Source of the DNA: Phoronis australis
Taxonomy: Eukaryota > Animalia > Phoronida
Length of the DNA: 64,000 bases
Assembly: GCA_002633005.1 (NCBI GenBank)
Contig: NMRA01000094.1
Location: 148,208-212,207 of the forward strand
Direction of reading: 5' to 3'
Shown here: in pieces, positions 58,301 through 64,000 of the stretch
Layout: each line of letters opens with the position of its first letter
Numbering within the stretch: position 1 is the stretch's first letter
The notes under the pieces: model-generated
The model's input: only the letters and a program-made list of their open reading frames with translations
Told to the model about the DNA's origin: nothing
The model's database searches: none
Translations under genes and position numbers: made by a program

Positions 58301-60227
58301 ATAGCAAAATACACACGCATGTAAGAAAAGCAAACGTGTTTATTTCTAAGGCTGTTCATGATCATCAGAATTTGTTCATTTTCATGAACTGGTAAAGAAA
58401 TTTGAACAAATTTTTATCAAGATTATGTTTCACTTAAAAGCCATTTATCATAGTTTCAATGCATTTGATTAGTAAAATACACTTTTATGGAAATCAATAG
58501 TTCACAGTTAGCTGTAATAACTTTAATCAAAATATCAACAAGTATTTGTTATAATTCAACAATTCAGGGATTAAAGGAACACTAACTCACTAATACGAAA
58601 CTGTAGAGCCTGACATTTTAGTTTTACACAAAACGAAATTTAAAACCCCAAATAAAGACAAGTTTGATGCTAATGTGTGAAACAAAACATGAATATGTTA
58701 AATAATTATATAACTTATTAAATAATTATATAACTTATTAAATAATTATATTAATTATTAAATAATTATATAACTTATTAAATAATTATATAACTTATTA
58801 AATAATTATATTAATTATTAAATAATTATATAACTTATTAAATAATTATATAACTTATTAACACTTGAACAAGAAATGCCAGAGAGTTCTTGAGAAGAGC
58901 AACGCAAAGCGTTGAAGCACGACCACGACTGCACATCAAAGTTATGCTTCTAGGTGGCACACAATAAGTCGAGCTCATCCAAAAATGGAAAGGCATATTG
59001 ATCCCACCAAAAGACACCTGTTTGCCAACTTTTATGAAAATCCATCAAGGAATTCCAAAAATACAAAGGCAAACGGAAAATTAGTCATAAAACTGAGGAT
59101 GAAAAGCAAAAAACAAAATTGCCTCTAGGGGGTACTATGGTAGTCGGACTTGTCCGAAAATCAATGCCAGCTGTGCCCTAGGCAGTAGGAACACAGCTGC
59201 TAAGTTTCAAAACGATTCTTCAAGCACTTTGGCAGAGAGGCAGATGCCTAAAACAGACACAGAAATAATAAGAATGAAAAATACGCGGCAAAGAGAACGT
59301 TGAATTGATTCGATAACATGTCATTGCAACCTAGTTTTCAGATTTCATGAAAATTTGTCAACAAACTCTGGAGTTACACAAATAGACATAAAATTGTCAC
59401 CAGGGGGTACAGCGGTTGACAGATCCATTCAAAAGTCATCCCCTTTAGTTGTCCATCCACATGAAAACACAATGCAAAAGTTCACAAACATCAAGGGGTT
59501 AAAAACATAGCTGTGGATGCAAAAATGTGCCATTAGGGGGTACCACAGTCTCTAGAGGGCTGTCTGGGACCAGGAGGGATAGTGTCACGTTTGCTCAGTG
59601 GGCGAAAAGACGAAGTAATTTATTGTAGATTTTCAGTGTTTTTAGAGGTCTTAAACTGCTGCCGGTGAACTGTCACATTTGCACCCGGGAGAGAACCCAC
59701 AACGGGTTTACCGACAGCATTTTTTACAAATTCTTTACCAGTTTAACTCAGTTGGTGTTAGATGTGACGCCACAAGAGCAGTAGTCACCAGAGTCGACAA
59801 CAGGAGTGACCCAGAAAAGTGGGTTTCATTAACAGGAACTGAACACATGAGAATGCTTGCGTAAACAGAATTAAAGCGGATTTAGGTACAGCAGTTCAGC
59901 AATGTAAATGGGGTTGTGTGCAGGCGCATAAAAAATAAATTGCCACTGGGGTGCAGAGAGGTAGTTAGATCGGTCGGTAACTCATCATCGGTTGTCAGCT
60001 TCATAGGAAGAGATCTGTCTAATCTCATAAAGATCCTGCAAGGAGTTCAGAAAATACACCAATGGATGACAGATGCCCGGAAATGATGGCAATATGAACC
60101 CACACAGGTATATGTGGGCGCATAAAAATGCCATTTTTACAACTGACTTTTGCACTTACTCATTATCTCTGGTTTTGTACTGAGCTTCACTGTAGCTTTC
60201 TGGTAAACACTTTTCAAGGTTGACACG
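55301..60227 (-). CDS. tmem107: Transmembrane protein 107 (ciliary transition-zone protein), partial: last three coding exons
   Basis: Exons 60227-60160 (RVNLEKCLPESYSEAQYKTRDN), 58291-58191 (FIAALSLTLIFFVLEYIGFFAGITMFAYTHSML), 55461-55301 (SIVVHAAGSVVCSFFLFDTWPCTTYWTIFGCCSALPAVSEIFVMIAVLKFQKT*). Matches recalled TMEM107 motifs CLP..F..E.Y, AALS.TL..F..E..GF..G..MF and W.CTTYW.IF..CSALPA..E. First coding exon not found, probably beyond 64000. Confidence 0.92.
55765..55948. repeat. 18-bp minisatellite x10 (CAACCAGTTACTCAACGT)
   Basis: Directly visible; source of the spurious repetitive ORFs. Confidence 0.97.
56215..57734. mobile_element. pogo/Tc1-mariner-like non-autonomous DNA transposon (~1.5 kb)
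   Basis: TA|CCGTATTCGCCGTAATAACCGCCCA ... TGGGCGGTTATTACTGCGAATACGG|TA (1 mismatch), TA TSD; no intact transposase. Confidence 0.8.
57796..58050 (+). mobile_element. Penelope-like retroelement 3' remnant with inverted pseudo-LTR
   Basis: Perfect 49-bp inverted repeat (57796-57844 / 57989-58037) around SMDRDIGQYILSNIYKPVV, which resembles the PLE GIY-YIG C-terminal 'MNRD.G.Y.L..IY' motif. Confidence 0.65.
58698..58861. repeat. 20-bp AT-rich minisatellite x8 (TTAAATAATTATATAACTTA)
   Basis: Directly visible. Confidence 0.95.
58868..60125 (+). repeat. Degenerate satellite-like interspersed element with recurring GCCACTAGGGGG-like and TTTCATGAAAAT-like motifs
   Basis: Motif copies at ~59120, 59395, 59527, 59940; homologous to 2591-3145. 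Confidence 0.5.
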
Positions 60228-60372
60228 CTGAAACAAGCAACAAAGTGTAACATTACAAAGTGAATTATAAAATGTGTCCAGACATTCATCACTGTTCCAT
60301 TTTGGTATCAGACAGCATTAAGTAAGACAGCTAAAAACATAGTAATGTAGCTGAGGTTTATGTGCAGTTGAT

Positions 60373-60615
60373 GTGCACACTGTGGTACCCTTGGTGTGCA
60401 CACCTGTGGTACCGTTGGTGTGCACACCTGTGGTACCGTTGATGTGCGCACTGTGGTACCGTTGGTGTGCGCACTGTGGTACCGTTGGTGTGCGCACTGT
60501 GGTACCGTTGGTGTGCGCACTGTGGTACCGTTGGTGTGCACACTGTGGTACCGTTGGTGTGCGCACTGTGGTACCGTTGATGTGCACACTGTGGTACCGT
60601 TGGTATGCGCACTGT
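60373..60615. repeat. 23-bp minisatellite, ~10-11 copies (GTGCGCACTGTGGTACCGTTGGT)
   Basis: Directly visible. Confidence 0.95.
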
Positions 60616-63600
60616 GACACGTCCTGCATGAGACTAGGCTCCACATGTTGACACATCCCAACATGTCCTGCATAAAACTAGGCTCCACAAGCCGACATGT
60701 TATGGCATTTCCTGCCTAAGCAGAGTACAACAGTTGCCGATTTAAATCAAGTTTATTTCATCAACCGAATGCTAGCTTATAGTCACTTTTAATGATGTCC
60801 ATCTTAGTGATGTTAGTGAGTGAGTTCAGACACAAATTTTCTCCATTTGGATTTAAGTCTTCAAAGTAAAAGACTTGATTAAAAGACTAAATATAATATA
60901 ATTAAATTATTATCTTTACTCAACGGAAACAGAGTGACCAACTACTGTTGTTAGGGTGAGCAGACCCAAATACAAATTTCATCAGAAACACTTGAAAAGA
61001 GTGTTAAATGATAGCTTTAGACATGCCGTTTACTACACAAATTTTTGAATTTTTCAAATCGGTTCAGCGGTTCTCGAGTTATTTGAGTTTTAGAGCCTCA
61101 AAAATGACCTTTTTTTCAGCAAACGGCACCCAGAAATTTCAGGCCACAAAAAATGGCAAGTTCAGACAACTACATTTGGGAATCCATAGCTCAGTGTTCT
61201 TAAAACAAGATGGAGAGTCCTTTGCAAGTAGGTTAACAACATGGCATAGACACCAAACCACAAATTATTATATTTTGCACGAACAAGAACAACAAAAATT
61301 GAAAAATTCACTATCGAGTTTTTTTTCGGCTTGTGACAGTACATTTTTGTCCCTGAAGCTAAGTTGAACAAGTGATGTTTTAAAAAGAGAGCAACTTATT
61401 TTCTAAAAATGAAACTGATCACAGCGCCCCCACGAGGTAGTAAAAGTGTAACAAAAATATTTTTGAAGAAAATAGAAAAAAATGACTCTATCCCCAAAAT
61501 TGAAGTAAATTAAATTTTAAAAGAATTCTATATTATTTTAATGAAAATATTTTTCCAGGTTTGGGCCACTTTTTGTAATTTAGAGAAGTTTCGACTGGTT
61601 CTGTTGAATACATTTAACCAATCTGGTTCGAGTTTAGTTTGATCCCTGGAAAGGTCAATATGGTTCTTGAAAAATGACTGAAGTTACCTTTTTAGAAGTG
61701 TTCCTAAATGGAAATGGTGAGATAAAGTGAAAAAATTTGATCAGGAATGGATTAGGACATGATAAGTGATTATGACATTGAGTGTACACTTTCAAGATTT
61801 TTCCAGGTGAGAGAGTGGCGAGGCAGTAAATTAAAAAAGTACATTTTCTCATATTTTCGTCAAAGAAATAAAAAGTGTACACTCAGGGTTGAAAGCAGAA
61901 TTTTGTAGCAAACAGTTTGATATAAATCGGTTCAGTAATGGCCATTTAACAGCTGAAAGTTTGACCCCTACTAAAAGCAACACCAGAAATATCTGACATG
62001 GGCAGTGCGCATGCGCAGCCAGCAGCTAACTATTCCCCCACAGAAATACACAAAAGAAGGGGTTTTCCGAGGAATTTTGATTTAGGGGAGACAACTCTGC
62101 AATTTGCCGATAGCTAGCGTGAAAAACATAGATCTAAGGATTCATTATGCTGAATATTGGAAAGATTGGTGAAGAGTTTTCGGTGTCCATTGAAGTTTGA
62201 AGTTTGCCCATGTTGATGGTACACATCCAATCGCCCGGAAGGCAATATTTGAGCCCAAACCCATTTTCAAATAAAATCTGTGGAGAGCATAATTCAGTTC
62301 CCTTGTTTGCCGATAGCGGAGGTCACAAACAGTGTGACCTAGATATCACAAATGCTGTTTTCAAACGAATTTTCTCAGTGAAAAAAACCAGTGTCCAACT
62401 GGGTGTTGAAAACGGGTTTGCGGCCAGAAATGTAAAAAGCACTCACTTAAAGTTTCGTGGTCTGTGGTACGATTTGCAAGCCCTAATGAGGAAGATTTAG
62501 CCCGGAATGGTTATGTTCATTCCCAGTAGTGCAACAAGAAGCAGTCGGTCATGTATTTTGCTAAAAAAATGAATTCTGAAATTATTGCACATAGAGCACT
62601 TCATGAGACGCAGCTAGGTTAAGGTTGTACTAGATCTTTTTAACATTATATTGCTGTTTTTAATTTATGCTGTGTTGAAGGTAACACATTTATTAAAAAA
62701 AGAACTCATACCAATAGACGGATCCATGGAATTAAGATGATGGGGGCCCCGACCTCAGTTTCTGAAGGATAAACCTTCATAATAGCCTTGCGAGAGGCGT
62801 GATGTCAATTTTTGTAGGACAAACCCTCATGAGATCCCTGAAAACGAAAGGTCGGTCCCATTTTTTATCGTGTGCAGAATGAGAGAGCCCGGGCCCCCTC
62901 GGACCCCCTATATCCATCTATGCAGCGTACCGTCACGGTTTGATAGGCGGATCCACGGGGGTCAAAGAGTTTCGGATCCCTTTTTCCCTTGATTTTAATT
63001 ATGTAAAATCTAGAATTTTCGAATTGTTGACTTGGAACCTTTTTTAAATAAAACCTGGATCTGCCCCTGCATTTGGTTTCAAAACAGATTGTGCGTGTAC
63101 AGATAAATAATATGGAACGAAATTTTATCATTCCTGAATCGGCAGTAGGTATCAGAAATGGCTAAGGATTTCAGGAACTGAAAACGACATGTCAATGCCA
63201 TTTTTATCGTGTGCGAAAGGGAAGCCTAAATCCAGTTATGCAGTGTAAAGTTTGGTTTCAAAACAGATTGCGCCGGTAAATGTACAAGTAAATAATATGG
63301 AATGGACTTTCCAGCAACAGAAACAGGAGTTCATATAGTAGCCAGAAAAAAAAACAAATGAGTAATTTTTATTCAAAACTTTATTTTTTATAACGATAAA
63401 CATACAAAATGCCACCAATGCTGCTTTAAATAGCAGTGTTCAGATTTAAATAGTAAATTACTAGAATGGAAGATTTAGCCAGTTCATATGATGTGTTTGC
63501 ATGCAACAAGAGATTGTTGTGAAAACAGCAACATCACTTAGCACGAAATGAACATCATAAATGAATACGGGTGAGGTCAATTTCCCATTCATACTTAGCT

Positions 63601-64000
63601 TTTTAAATCGTATTTTCGAGCATGTACATGCTTAATTATGTCGAGCCCTGCATGCAATGAATATAGTGTTGGTATAATACCGACTTTACCCTAGCTAAGA
63701 TTGGAATCATCTACCAATGGTCACTACAATACTGCGAAAAGTGCTCTTTTTGACTGCCTCTTGATTTTGAGAGTTGGCAATAGCTTGGTGTACAGAGGGG
63801 CAAAGTCTGGTGTTAAAGGCACTCTGGTTCCCAACTGCAGTCTCTCTGGCGATTTATGTAAGCAAAAGGTCCAGCCAACCTAAAAATAAAAGCAACGTAT
63901 CAGCAGCAGAATTTCCAGATTTACATAGAATAAATCAACCACATCGGCATTTTGTTAGTCTGAATGGAAATTAATTTGTTTTGCAGCATAATGCCATAAT

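Noticed and set aside
60308-60688. Repetitive Cys/His-rich ORFs on both strands
   Set aside because: Translations of a 23-bp minisatellite; frames rotate with each unit
63690-63885. Possible first coding exon of tmem107 on - strand
   Set aside because: All three frames contain stops and none gives the expected VP.RFL...AHL motif

Overview
AT-rich, intron-containing animal genomic DNA, probably a marine invertebrate (spiralian-like repeat landscape; the species cannot be called). I could build three protein-coding genes by hand from splice signals and reading-frame phase. (1) A 24-exon + strand gene (~949-32399) encoding a ~3,370-aa probably secreted protein: signal peptide, EMI domain, CCxGY plus EGF/NIM-like modules, then about 15 or more FN3/Ig-like 'DxTPP...W.GF.D..SGI..Y' repeats, a CBM4/9-like module and a Ser/Thr-rich tract, with no transmembrane segment. 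(2) Intronless foxl2 (38733-39677, +). (3) The last three coding exons of tmem107 (- strand, 55301-60227), whose final intron is a U12 minor-spliceosome intron. The rest is intron or intergenic DNA with minisatellites and non-autonomous DNA transposons: pogo-like, a MULE-like element nested in a long-TIR element, Harbinger-like, Kolobok-like with tRNA-like arms, and several short CA..TG MITE families with 5-bp TSDs. There is also a Penelope remnant with an inverted pseudo-LTR and a decayed hammerhead. The most unusual pattern is that several introns of the giant gene are filled with tandem, degenerate copies of the neighbouring exon/intron junction. No prokaryotic systems, CRISPR arrays, rRNAs or intact tRNAs were found.
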